A stretch of DNA of 64,000 nucleotides from Bispira polyomma (lineage: Eukaryota), in assembly GCA_965649765.1 (NCBI GenBank), contig OZ287750.1:20956001-21020000 (forward strand). The letters are read 5' to 3'. The position numbers and the translations under genes were made by a program. Below are positions 14,201 to 26,665 of the stretch, piece by piece (the stretch's first letter is position 1; every line of letters begins with the position of its first letter). Below the pieces are notes generated by a model. It saw nothing but the letters and a program-made list of their open reading frames with translations, had not been told where the DNA came from and did no database searches.

Positions 14201-17200
14201 TTGTCAGAGATCCTGTTGCTGGTCAATATATGAACCTTGCCAAAGCTTTGGATACAGGTGTCCTAACAGAGCCAGAGGGTGTGTCTAAAGGAGAACTTAT
14301 CCACACTATTACAACAGGCCAAATTGTACACTCCACAGATACAACATCAGTTACAGATCAAATTTTGGCTGGTGTGGATGCTACAGTGGAACATGAAATT
14401 GAGGATCAACAGAGAGGTGATGTGAAAACTGATTGGTCAGATGACATATTACCTGTATCACAACAGCAAGGACACATTCAAAATTCTGAGGAAGTGCAAC
14501 CAATAAAGTCAAGAGATAGTGATATCTGCTCTGCTGTAGATGGTGAAGGAATCTATAAATATGATGAAATGGCCCAGGACTCTTTGGTATCTGTAAGTCT
14601 AACTGCAGTAGTCCATGATAAACAAAGCATGTCACAGGTGGGAGTACATGAAGGACCAGACAGCAGTTCTAAAGTGACAAAACATGGTGAAAGTCTGAGA
14701 GATTCCATGGCAGAAATTGTGTTAGGTGCTGAAGATAGTTTCATGAAAGATGTAACAACTACAGCAGTACAGTTAGGAAAAGAACAAAATAAAACTGTAG
14801 AAGTAGAAAGAGAAGGCTTGGATCAAGGACAGACTCATATCAGCACAAGAGTGAAGGATGATTTAACTGTTACTAGTGAAAGATTGTTACCTAAAACATT
14901 GCCAGTCAAGGATGAGAAACCAATGGACACAACATATGTAGCAACAAAAGTAGTCGATGACAAGGATAAAACACTTTCAAAGCAAGAAAGAATTCAAGGT
15001 GATCAACCATACAGAACTGTTTCTGATCAAGAAAAGTTGATGCCTGACATGTCGTCCATTCATGATCAACTTGGTCATGGTGCTGCAGAAGACCGACCAG
15101 TAATAGAAGAACCATCAAGAGGGTCATTTGGTGATCAGCAAAGAGACTTAGGAGCTGAAGTAAAGCAAGAAGATTTATTTGGTGATAAGGTCAATCAGGG
15201 AACAATTCGACTGGAACAAGAGTTGACAGTGGAAGAAAGAGGACAAACAAGTATACAAACAAGCATGGATGATAAACGTGACAAGTTTGCACCATTAGAC
15301 TCTTATGATAAAGTCTTGCAAGATAGTAAAGAAGCATTCTATCAGCAAGAGACAGAGACAAAGTCGAAAGCGTCACAAGAAATAGGAGAGCCTAAGCTGG
15401 TACAGATATCAGATTCTGGTGGTGATACATGGAATACCCATCTACATCAAAGAGCAGTTGATGATAACCAGACACCTGTTGATGACACTGAAAAAGCTGA
15501 TGCTCAGATAGAGAGTGACAAACAACTAAGGTTACAATTTAAAGAAACAGTTGAGAGTATTATGTTTTCAGACAAAGAATCAGAAAGCTTGGTTCCACAT
15601 GGGACAGAACACGTAGAAGAACTGGATTCAAAGTTAGAGTCCCACAGAATAGATGACCAAGCTATTTCATATAGTGAAAGGGATGACATGAATAGGTCTT
15701 TGGAATGGTCCTCCGACAGACACAGAGAAGAAACGTCCCAAGATGGTGATCATTTTGAAAAATATTCAAGGGGTATGACATTACCAGAAGCCTACAAGCT
15801 GAACTTGATTGACAGTGACAGTGGTAGTATCATAGACCCAAGCAGCGGAAGAATGATGTCTATTGAGGAAGGAATATCTTGTGGCTTGATCGATCATGAG
15901 AAAACATTTGTCATAGATCCAAGGCTTGGACAGCCAATGACTTTGAGAGAAGCAATTGACACTGGAATTATTGATGCACAAGACAACAAAGTGGTTGAAC
16001 CCAAGTCTGGTCAAAGACTGCCAGTGGTTGAAGCAATAAAGGTGAGCGTCATCATTGATCATACAAATGTCATTGAAGAACTTTCCGATTCAGAATCTCA
16101 GCTAGACAGTGATAGAGGTAAGGTTGATTCACTTTCAAAAGAAGACTTCGACAAATCCAGCTTAGATACCTCTGCACCATCCAGACCAGCAGTAGCCGCC
16201 AACAAAGATCTGCTGGATACAGCCCCAGGGAAAGTTACAGCTTCATTAGATGAAAGAATTAGGATTCAAAAACCTGAAGATGAAACAGTGAATATTGCAG
16301 ATGATAAAGCAGCAACAACACATACTAGTAAGTCTGAAGAATTTGGGGAAACTACTCAGAAAACGCATTTCAAGGAGAGAACAGATATTCAAGAAGTTCC
16401 ATCTGATACCAAAACTGAAACTTTTGAGAAAGATCTTATTGTGGATGACACACATGACTGGGAACAAACGGGAATGACTATCAGAAAAGCCCTGGATTTA
16501 CAAGTGATTGACAAAGACACAGGATTATATAATAATCTATCAAGTGGAGAAGAAGTCACATTCAGAGAAGCTGTGAATAGTGGATTACTAAAATCAAATG
16601 GTGCTGTAGTATGTTTAAAAAATCCAAACAAAATGTCTTTGAAGGAAGCTTTGGCTGTGGGCATTGTTGATCCCAAATCTGGTAGCATTATTGATGAAAA
16701 GAATGAACTTGCTGTGCCTTTGTCAGAGGCTGTTGAGAAAGGTATGATCTTAGAAGAACAGGACCAACTGCCAATGCCATTGAGAGTTACATTCTTGCTT
16801 GAACATGGTATGCTGGATGGTAACACCGGGGTCTATACAGAAGCATGCAGTGGAAAGACATTGACATTTATAGAGGCCATTGAACAGGGACACGTACGCT
16901 CTGCTGACTGCTATGTTAGAAGACCAGATACTGCAGAGACTCTGTTATTGAGGGATGCATTGAATGAAGGTTTTGTGGATTCAAGCAATGGTACTCTAAA
17001 CAATAAAGCAGCTGGACAAAGAATCTCTCTGAATGAAGCTGTTAGTCAAGGCTTGATATGGTATCCATCTGATGACGATAAACCATCTAAAGAACCCCTT
17101 TCTACAAGCAAATTGGTAGAGGCAAATGACAGAGAAGACACAGGGCTTTCTTCTGAACAAGCCAGTGGAAGAGAAAAAACTTCAGAAGAGGTATTGGAAA

Positions 17201-18759
17201 CAGGATATGTGCCACAAGATTCCACACAAATGAAAGTAACAGACACTGGTCAACAAGTTAGCGACTCAGTGGGTGTTGACCACATTAATCAAACTTCTGT
17301 AGATGCATTTTATAGAACTACAGACAGGGCCTTAAGCTCGAAAGATACCACCAAGCAAGATCATGTTGTCAAAGATGGAGCAGCAACAAAACAAGAAGCC
17401 CTTAAAATACAAGAAGCCATAGACTCTGGTGTACTTGATGGTGCAACAGGGGTTTTGACATGTCCACACAGCAGTGAAGTTCTGAACTTTAAAGAAGCAT
17501 TAGACAGAGGTTATCTGGCCTCTGAAAACATGATGGTTGCTGTGACAGATGCCTGGAAAAGTGTGCCATTGCTAGCTGGCATAGAGGAGGGAGTTGTTGA
17601 TGGAAAAACTGGCCGTATTGTTGAAAGTAAAAGCCAGGGAACCAGAACCTTATCTGAAGGTTTGCTTAGAGGGCAAATATGGGAGGATGTGAGACAATGC
17701 ACTCCAATAACGATAACTGATGCTTTAAATCAAGGCCACCTTAATGGATCAATTGGTAGATTCATAGTGGAAGGGTCAGACGAACAATTGGATTTTGGCA
17801 CAGCAGTTGCAAGAGGTCATCTTGTTACTGATGGAACCACAGTAAAGCTTGAAGGTTCTGATGAAAGTACACCGGTCATTGAGGCACTAAAGCGTGGAGT
17901 TATGGACCCACAGACAGGAAACATTTTTGATGCAGCCAACAAAAGAATGCTGTCATTGAGTGAAGCAATAAGTGAAGGGGTTTTGGTTGAAGACAAGTCA
18001 GCAGATTTGGACCAGAGTACCATGCAAGAAAAAGATAAAGATATTGGCTACATTAATAATGCACAAGATGAAACTAATGTGAGAAAAGAGCTGGAGAGTC
18101 CATCCATAGAAGATGTAATTCAAAGAGGCATATTGGATGAAAGTACAGTGACCTTAGGTGACACTTTGAAGGGAGATAAGGTGGAAAATATCAAAAGTCC
18201 AGACTCCGCTTTACCAGAAGATTTCAGAAAATCTGTAACAGATGAAAGTGACTTTGATAGCCAAGCAGAGATGCAGTTTTCAGACATAGTATCACCAGAC
18301 AGTGATTTAGTGGAGAGAACTATGGTTAAAGGAAAAGTAGATCCAACAGATATCTCTTCAGATTTATCTGATATGTCACTTGTAGAAATGATCCCAGGAT
18401 ATAAACCAGAAACCAAGTATGGTCGTTCCAAAGAAGAGGACAGCTTACCTTATTCTGACCAGCTTAAAGAAGATATGATAGCCCAACAGGTCAGACCAGA
18501 ATCACTGGACCATGCAGAACTAGCTGGATCAACACCTGGTACAGCTGAATCAGGTGGTAAAACAACTATTAGCCAGCCCAGCAGCAGTCTCCCATCATCT
18601 GCTCAGTCTCAGCCACCATCTGATGATCACGAAGACAGCAGTGCTACCACCACAGCCACCCCTGGTACACCATCAGACCAGACAGTCGCACCCCTCACAT
18701 CCCCACCAGACAGTGCAGCAGCCGCCAAAGTGACCCTGGAAGACGTCGTAGGATTTAAG
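5219..18759 (+). CDS. MACF1: Giant 13,541-nt spectraplakin exon, plectin/plakin repeat domains with acidic linkers
   Basis: Acceptor ttttctgtttccAG|GT at 5219 in frame with the 4508-aa ORF; donor TTTAAG|GTAAGG at 18760, phase 0. Confidence 0.92.
7318..7810 (+). repeat. Coding tandem repeat, ~48 nt/16 aa (KPGLTVxSQPHEDxSQ), about 10 copies
   Basis: Recurrent cagaagccagggttaacagtga...caaccacatgaggat. Confidence 0.9.
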
Positions 18760-19319
18760 GTAAGGCTTGATATGTTCGTCTTGCATGGCTTTACAATACA
18801 ACATGTATGGACATGTGTATCATATACCCAAAAGGGGATTAATACTAGGCTTCCCAAATCAGTGTGACATTTGATTATGGTATTTGCTACTTTCCAACTG
18901 TTGTAACCTGTGAACATGATGTTTTTTCCCTGTTGACCAACCTTTTGTTTGCACGGCTTTAGTGTTTATTGGTGTTTATAATGGCCAGGCGTGCAGAGTG
19001 TGTTAGGTCCTGCCCTATAATTAGGTGTTGTCTCAGTTTTTTTTAAGTAAATATGGTTCTGGTTGACTTAATTCTGATGCTGTGAGTTTGGGTGCATGTA
19101 CTGAATGAACGAGTGTTTGACTGATGGGTGGTTTTGTAATGCATTCATTGTTGTTGTTGTTTTTCTGTGTAACAGCTTTAGATTCAAGGAATGGTTTTGT
19201 AGTTTATCAGGTGTGTTGTTGACCATGTGTAGGAATGTTTTGTAAATTAATTTTTACCAATTTTAATCAGTACATGTGTTAAAGTTAATGATTGTAACAA
19301 GATCTAAGTAATTTTTCAG

Positions 19320-22300
19320 TCGACTGATAAAGCAAATACAGATGGTGTTACTAAAGAAGACTTTGATAAACTATCCATCCGTCCTGAATACTCTGTAACG
19401 GGGTTGTCAGATCTAATTAGTGAAGGGTTGTACAACTGGAATACTGGTGAAATAACATATAGTGATACTGCTAACCCTGTAACAATAAACGAAGCAATAT
19501 GTAGGGGTCTCCTAGACTCAGAACTAGAAGCTTACGTTGATCCTGATACCAATATCTCTGTAAGTTTAAAGCAAGCCTTGGATGTTGGGACTATTGATGA
19601 ATCTACAGGAGTCATATGCGATGCTACAATACTACAAAGCTTACAGGGGCAGATAGCAGACAACACCATAACCATGGTCAGATTAGAAACATCTAATAGT
19701 ATTGTAGAAGAGCCAAAGGTAAGGGAGGTATCAGAAGCAATGCAGGTATCTACTATAGATAAAGAATCCGACATGGTACTATCAGAAGATCTGCAAATAC
19801 CATCATCAGCATACAGAGACCTTGAAACTGGATTCACGACTCTGGAAAGCATGGTGGAAAGACCAAGTGCAAATCAACAGATGTTAAATCCAAAAGATGA
19901 CTATGTATGCAAGAACAGCAAAGAAACTGGCTATCTTAGAGGAAATGATGGGGACAATCGGGCATATTCTGCTGATACCATCCAGGAAGACGAAGTAATA
20001 TCTCATGGTGATCAGTCAAGTAATGACAAAACATCAGTGAATCTGGAGGAAGTACAGTGTATATCACAAAAAGTTTCTCCTGTCACTGAAAGATATATGG
20101 ATAACATTGTAGGTGAGGAATCTGAAGGCACATCTGAAAGTAAAGATCATCCTCATGACTTCAATCAGTCATGGTTTCAGAACAGTCAGGATTCTGTGGA
20201 AGTAGAAATATACAATGACCAGCAACACTCTAAAGTAGGTGTGTCAGAACTCCAAGATCCTATGACTGATACCACATCTGCATTTGAGTCCTTTAAGCAT
20301 GATGATATGACATTCTCTTCTGGGGTGTTTGGATCAGAGACAGATCGCCAACGTATTCGTCATTTACCAAAGGATTCCAAGTTTTCTGACACAATTGATT
20401 CGGCTGTGGAAGATTCATTGCTAGATACCTTGCCTGGAGATGTGGGTGACAATGAGCCTTTGCCCTGTGTCAGAAATAGTGTCTCCAAAACTCAGGATGA
20501 TGTGGATGCCAAACATGGTAGTTATATGCAAAATACAGAAAAAGGTTTACTTCTTGCTTCAGAAACTGTATTGGCTATGGATGAAATCACACTGGATACA
20601 ATTAAACCAATTGAACATAAAGCGAGTATTTCAGCAAAAGTTAGTGTAAGCTCGTCTTTTGATGAGGACTATCCAATAAAAGATGTAGAAACACAAGCAG
20701 AAACTAAGTACAGTGATGTTGTCCAGCAGGAATCTCTGGATGAGCAAGAACAGAGAGATAGTGAAGCAGGCCTCACAAAGGATATATTAAGTTCTGAAAT
20801 ACACAGGGAAAACAAGGAGGAGTCCGAAGGTATGGTCCAAACGCATCATGTAGCACATGACTTACCAGTGGATGAAGGCCAGTCAATGGATAATGAAACA
20901 ACCCCTAAACACCAGGTTAACAAAAGTAAAGAGGAAGAGATTCTGCAGGTTCAAAACAATGTCTTTATCTCTTCAGCAACTGATACAAACATTTTGGACC
21001 AAACAAAAGATGACTTGAATGGATACTTTGTAAATGAAGCCTTGCAGGAACATGATATGTTAGGCATAACACAGGTGATAGATAGTAGCTTGGTTGATGG
21101 TAGTGCTTTGAAAGTAACGGATACACTTACAGAAGAGTATATAACTTCTGATCAAGATCCACAGAGGAACCTAATAGATAGGGACACTTTACAGGATGAA
21201 GTAAGACATATGCATGCCTCAGATGATAGTCATTTGGACCACACCACAGATGTTGATGGTAGTGATATTATGGACACTAAAATTGGAACTATGACTATCC
21301 CAATAGACGATGAAACCAATGATCATGTATCATCTGAAGAAACTCTTGATCAAAGGGAAGCAGTGTCGCCGAAGAAAATGACGCTTACAGATATTTTGGA
21401 TAACTTCAATCATGAGGGCAGTTTAGCCATAGATGGCTATACATTCAGGGAAGCTGTGGAAGCTGGAATGATTGATATGTTGACCCCTGCCTTACGAGAT
21501 ACACTTTCACAGCAAGAACTTACTATTTGGGCAGCTATTAAAGAAGGAATATTTGATCCAGATTCTTGCACCGTGAAAAATCTGTCGACCGGAGAAATGT
21601 TCTCACTAGTTGAAGCCAGAACGTGTGGGCTACTGTGTACCCCATATATTCCAGTAGATGAGGTTGTTTGGAACAGTATGTATGACAGATATAGCGGAAC
21701 AGTGACAGATCCAGAAACCATGGAGACAATGTCATTAACTGATGCTGTTCTAAAAGGAGTAGTAGATGGGAATAGTGCACATGTTGTAGGGGAACAAGGA
21801 GAGACCATTTCTCTACTACAAGCTGTTCAGAGGGGACATGTGGAAGATAACACAATATTAAGTCCGGGTAAAGAGATGCCATTACTGTTACATGAAGCCA
21901 TACGGAATAGGACGGTAAAATTGAGGTCAGAGCTACCACCTGAAATGCCACTGTCATTGGTTTCAGCCATGGAGCATGGATTAATCCATCCTAAGACATC
22001 ACTGATACAGTGTCCTTTAGATGAATGCCCACTACCTCTAAAAGATGCAGTACAACAGGGGGTAATCAGGGGTACTTCACCAGAGATATATGACTCCAAG
22101 ACCCAGGAGAAATTGTCAATCAATGAAGCTATGGAGAGAGGCATCTTAGATGCCAGGAGGGCAATACTATGTGACACAGATACAGGAACATGGATGCCAA
22201 TTAGAGAAGGTGTTAAGAAAGGTTTAGTGGTACATCCTTCAGCATCACACCAGTCACCAGTATTGTCTAAATATTACCCCTCCAAAGGCCTGGCTAAATA

Positions 22301-24278
22301 TTCCCCTACCAAAGGCCTCAGTGAACAGGAACAGGCATCATCACACTCACCTATAGCTCTATCCAGCTCACGAACTGCTGCAAAGAATCCACCGCGATTC
22401 AAGTTAACTGAGGAAGCTGATGTTACAGAGGATAAAACAAGTTGGGAGACTGAACTCCTTGGAACAAGCCAACAAACTGCACTGGGTGAACCTCTACATC
22501 AACAGGTAGAGGTGCCCTCAGGTGTTACAAAGTATAAACCGTTACTTCAGCAACATGTAGAAATTTCCTCAGATGTTACAGAGGATGAATATTTACATCA
22601 GCAGGATGAGATTCCTTCAGGTGTTACAAAGGATCAACTTTCACATGTGTCACAGCTAGAGACTCCCTCAGGTGTTACAAAGGATCAACATTTACATGTG
22701 TCACAACTAGAGACTCCCTCAGGTGTTACAAAGGATCAACCTTTACTTCAGCAGTTGGTAGAGACACCCTCAGGTGTTACCAAGGATCAACCTTTACTAC
22801 ATCAACAGGTACAGATTTCCTCAGGTGTTACAAAGGATGGACGTTTACATCAGCAGCAGGTAGATACTACCTCAGGTGTTACAGAGGATGAACCTTTACT
22901 ACAGCAGCAGGTAGTGACTCCCTTAGGTGTTACAACGGATGAACTTTTACAAGTGTCACAGCTAGAGACTTCCTCGGGTGTTACAAAGGATAAACCTTTG
23001 CCTCAGCAACAGGTAGAGGCTCACCCAGGTGTTACAAAGGATGAACATTTACTTCAGAAACAGGTGTCACAGCTAGAGACTTCCTCGGGTGTTACAAAGG
23101 ATAAATCTTTGCCTCAGCAACAGGTAGAGGCTCACCCAGGTGCTACAAAGGATGAACATTTACTTCAGAAACAGGTGTCACAGCTAGAGATTTCCTCGGG
23201 TGTTACAAAGGATAAATCTTTGCCTCAGCAACAGGTAGAGGCTCACCCAGGTGCTACAAAGGATGAACATTTACTTCAGAAACAGGTGTCACAGCGAGAG
23301 ACTTCCTCGGGTGTTACAAAGGATAAATCTTTGCCTCAGCAACAGGTAGAGGCTCACCCAGGTGCTACAAAGGATGAACATTTACTTCAGAAACAGCTGG
23401 AGATTATCCCAGGTGTTACAAAGGATGAACTTTTACGTCTGCAGCAGGTACAGACTTATGCAGGTGTTACAAAGGATGAACCTTTACTGCAGCAACCGGT
23501 AGAGACTGTTACAAGGAATGAACCTTTACTGCAGCAACCGGTAGAGACTGTTACAAAGGATGAACCTTTACTGCAGCAACCGATAGAGACTGTTACAAAG
23601 GATGAACCTTTACTGCAGCAACCGATAGAGATTGTTACAAAGGATGAACCTTTACATGTGCCACAGCTACAGACTCACGCAAGTGCTACAAAGGATGAAC
23701 TTTTATATCAGCAACAGACTTATGCAGGTGTTACAAAAGATAAAGCTTCACTTCACTCAAGTGTTACAAAGGATAAACCTTTACTGCAGCAAGAGGTAGA
23801 GACTGTTACAAAGGATGAACCTTTACTTCAGCAACCAGTAGAGACTGTTACAAAGGATGAACCTTTATTTCAGCAACCGGTAGAGACTGTTACAAAGGAT
23901 GAACCTTTACATGTGCTACAGACTCACGACTCAGACTCAGGTGTTACAAAGGAGGAACTTTTATGTCAGCAACAGCTACAGATTAATGCAGGTGTCACCA
24001 AGGATGAAGCTTTACTTCACTCAGGTGTTACAAAGGATAAACTTTTATACCAGCAACAGCTACAGGTTTATGCAGGTGTCACCAAGGAAGAACCTTTACT
24101 TCAGCAGAAGCCACACATTCACTCAGGCGTTACAGCGGTTGAACCTTTAAGTGCGGACCATCCAGTTCTTCAGGCTTCCAACTCTTTCAGTGGATTTACT
24201 GAACTGTTGACAGAGGAAGCTGCTATGCCCGCTGTAGACCAGTTAGAGCAGTTGGCAGCATATGGGACAGTTCCCAAG
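19320..24278 (+). CDS. MACF1: 4,959-nt symmetric (phase 0-0) spectraplakin exon: degenerate plectin repeats plus acidic and Q-rich repeats
   Basis: Acceptor atttttcAG|TCG at 19320 in frame with ORF 19404; donor CCCAAG|GTAACG at 24279; length divisible by 3. Confidence 0.82.
22420..24150 (+). repeat. Coding minisatellite (S/G)VTKDEPLLQQxVET, with 42-60-nt units and a 111-nt higher-order unit
   Basis: gttacaaaggatgaaccttta repeated; 111-nt period at 22965, 23076, 23187, 23298; 42-nt period around 23470-23900. Confidence 0.92.
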
Positions 24279-24796
24279 GTAACGGCCATCCTTTCCAGCT
24301 TCTGTGTGGCTTATTGATGTTGTTATAATACACTGGGCAGCAGCTTTATAGAAGTAGTGTTTACTCTTTTTTGTTTACTTTGTTAACTATTTATTTTCAC
24401 GAAGCACACATTATGTGTAAAATATATGATGTTATATATGAAGTTATTACTTTTAAAACAATGGCAATGTGGTTTTTTACCATTCAGTTATAATCAGTGA
24501 TTTAGATATGCACCTGTAAAATGAAATAGTGATTCAAATTGTCACCTGTATATATTGACAAAACATTTGTAAAAACAGTTTGGGATATTTTGATGTTAGT
24601 AATTATTGAAATATGAACGTTTTGCATATATAGGTTTGCCGCTTATGAACACTGAATCTAATTGCAATTTGCACTTTTATTTTGAGAATGTACTGTAAAA
24701 TAAATTTTGTACAGTTATAATCGAGCTCACTTTTCTTATTGACTAATTAAATACATTATGTTATTGGGGACATTTGAAAGCTCAGAAAAAAAGCTG

Positions 24797-24937
24797 CAGT
24801 AGAACCTCTGTTATCCAAACTAATAATTTGTTCATTTAACAGAAGGTTTCCCAAATAGATGGTGTATTTTAGTACGAAACAACAGGAAAAAAATTAATTT
24901 TCCAGATAGATTTTTGTATAGTAAAGGTTCTACTGTA
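24797..24937. mobile_element. MITE, same family as 147
   Basis: cagtagaacctctgttatccaaac ... aaaggttctactgta. Confidence 0.7.
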
Positions 24938-26439
24938 GTTTCAAACAGTGTTTTCTAAACAGGTTATTTCAGTCATCAATGTATTTCTTCTGAAAAGTCT
25001 GCTTTTTAACCAACATAATATATGTACGACTTGTATCCTTTTGATCAGTAGAATTGTTTAAGTTCTCTTTTAAGCTTTGGTTTAAAGTCTCTGTTGCTTA
25101 TCGATGTATATGTCAGTGCTAGTAACACCAGTTACCTGTTTGTTCTTCAGAATGAGCTTTGTTACTGTACAATTTGTATTGGATGTTTGGTGAAACTGAG
25201 AAAGGTTTGTGTAATATCTTATTGTCTGTATTCAGCAAGCTTACAGCAATTATTCTACAGAATACAAGCTTACAGCAATTATTCTACAGTGTCATTATGT
25301 ATTAAAATCACCACATCCTTAAAACAATCAAATGTTTTAACTTTCCGATTGGGATTCTTTATTCAGTTTTTTTTTCTCTTTGAACTTTGTCCGTTACATG
25401 AAAGTAGTTACAGTTCAGAGGCCATAACTTAACAATGTCAACTAAAAATTGTTATGGTGTGCGAATACAGTCAAAAGGTAACTAAGGTGTGATGTGTGTT
25501 GGTGTGAACGTGTGTGATTGTGTGAAAAAATTGAGATTGTTTACAAAACTAATGTGAGTTGTGATGTGACTGATAAATCCTAATGTGAGAAATATTTTAT
25601 AACTATTAAGGTTGCCCATGTTACAGTTTTGCAGTAGATATATTTGTTTTGATTAGAAACTCCTCACTTTAATATCTGATAGATTTTACAAAAGACAAAA
25701 AACTGATTGTAAATTGAAAACGGAATTGAACGCGTTCCAAAACCATGATTGAAGTTTTAATCACAAAATCACTTAGAATCTATTGGCACCCTTTTCCAAA
25801 TTGTCAAATAATGTCCAATCCCTGATAAATCAAAGCGTGAATCATTTAAAAACTACTGAGATCAAGTAGAATTAGTTCAAATGTGTATATAATATTCTGA
25901 TTTGTATTTGATACTTACCAAAATAGAAACCATCAAATATTCCTTCCATTTGATGAGTTTTGATGTCCCTAGCTTGGCACCTAAACTTACTTACCTCTAA
26001 TACTTGTGTCTCGGTGTCCAAGTTTTCTTCTATAATTGCTCCTGACTCTCTATTTTCTTCATTTCTATGTTGAACTTCATCAAATTACAGTGGCTTCTTG
26101 TCTCAAACCGTCCCCACTTTTACCCATCCAAAAAATATTCGATGAGTAAAAATGATTCTTGCAATGACATTTCAGCTTGCATTTTACACTTATTCTTCTA
26201 GTTTAACATTGCTTGTACCTTTTCTAATTTAAATTAGACCAATTGACAACTGAAATATGCAATGCATATCAAAGATCGCAGTTGACCAATATCTAGATAT
26301 GCACATGGAATTTCACAGATAGGTTGCACCGTTGTATGCAAAGAGCCACAATCTGGACTTTTAAGTGTGTTAGAAAGAGAAAGTTTAAGGAGCTTGAAAG
26401 TGTGTTTCTAAAGTCTGACAGCTGTCTGATCTGTTCCAG

Positions 26440-26665
26440 GGGGGGTCGCGGTGGCCTAGTGGTTCAGAAGTACCTGCTTCACAATCACTGGCCTCTCACC
26501 CAATCCTATTTGTTCCTGTTTGTGGACAAAAGTCTGTCAGGCACTTGCCAAAGGTCGGTGGTTTATACAGTGGCTTTAGCACTGGTTTCTTTCACCATTG
26601 AATCTGGCCATCGTGATGTAACCTTAGCTGAAAAGCGACGTAAAACCCAACTAAATTCAAATTCT
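26440..26665 (+). mobile_element. tRNA-derived SINE (V-domain-like molluscan family), near full length
   Basis: A-box tggcctagtgg; core aatcactggcctctcacc...cttgccaaaggtcggtggttt...cactggtttctttcacca; tail cgtgatgtaacc...gcgacgtaaaacccaactaaattc. Confidence 0.8.

Noticed and set aside
827-22177. Many minus-strand ORFs overlapping the giant exons
   Set aside because: Antisense shadows of the repetitive coding strand, with no independent domain or splice structure.
26440-26520. tRNA gene
   Set aside because: A/B-box-like heads belong to multi-copy SINEs; no complete cloverleaf.
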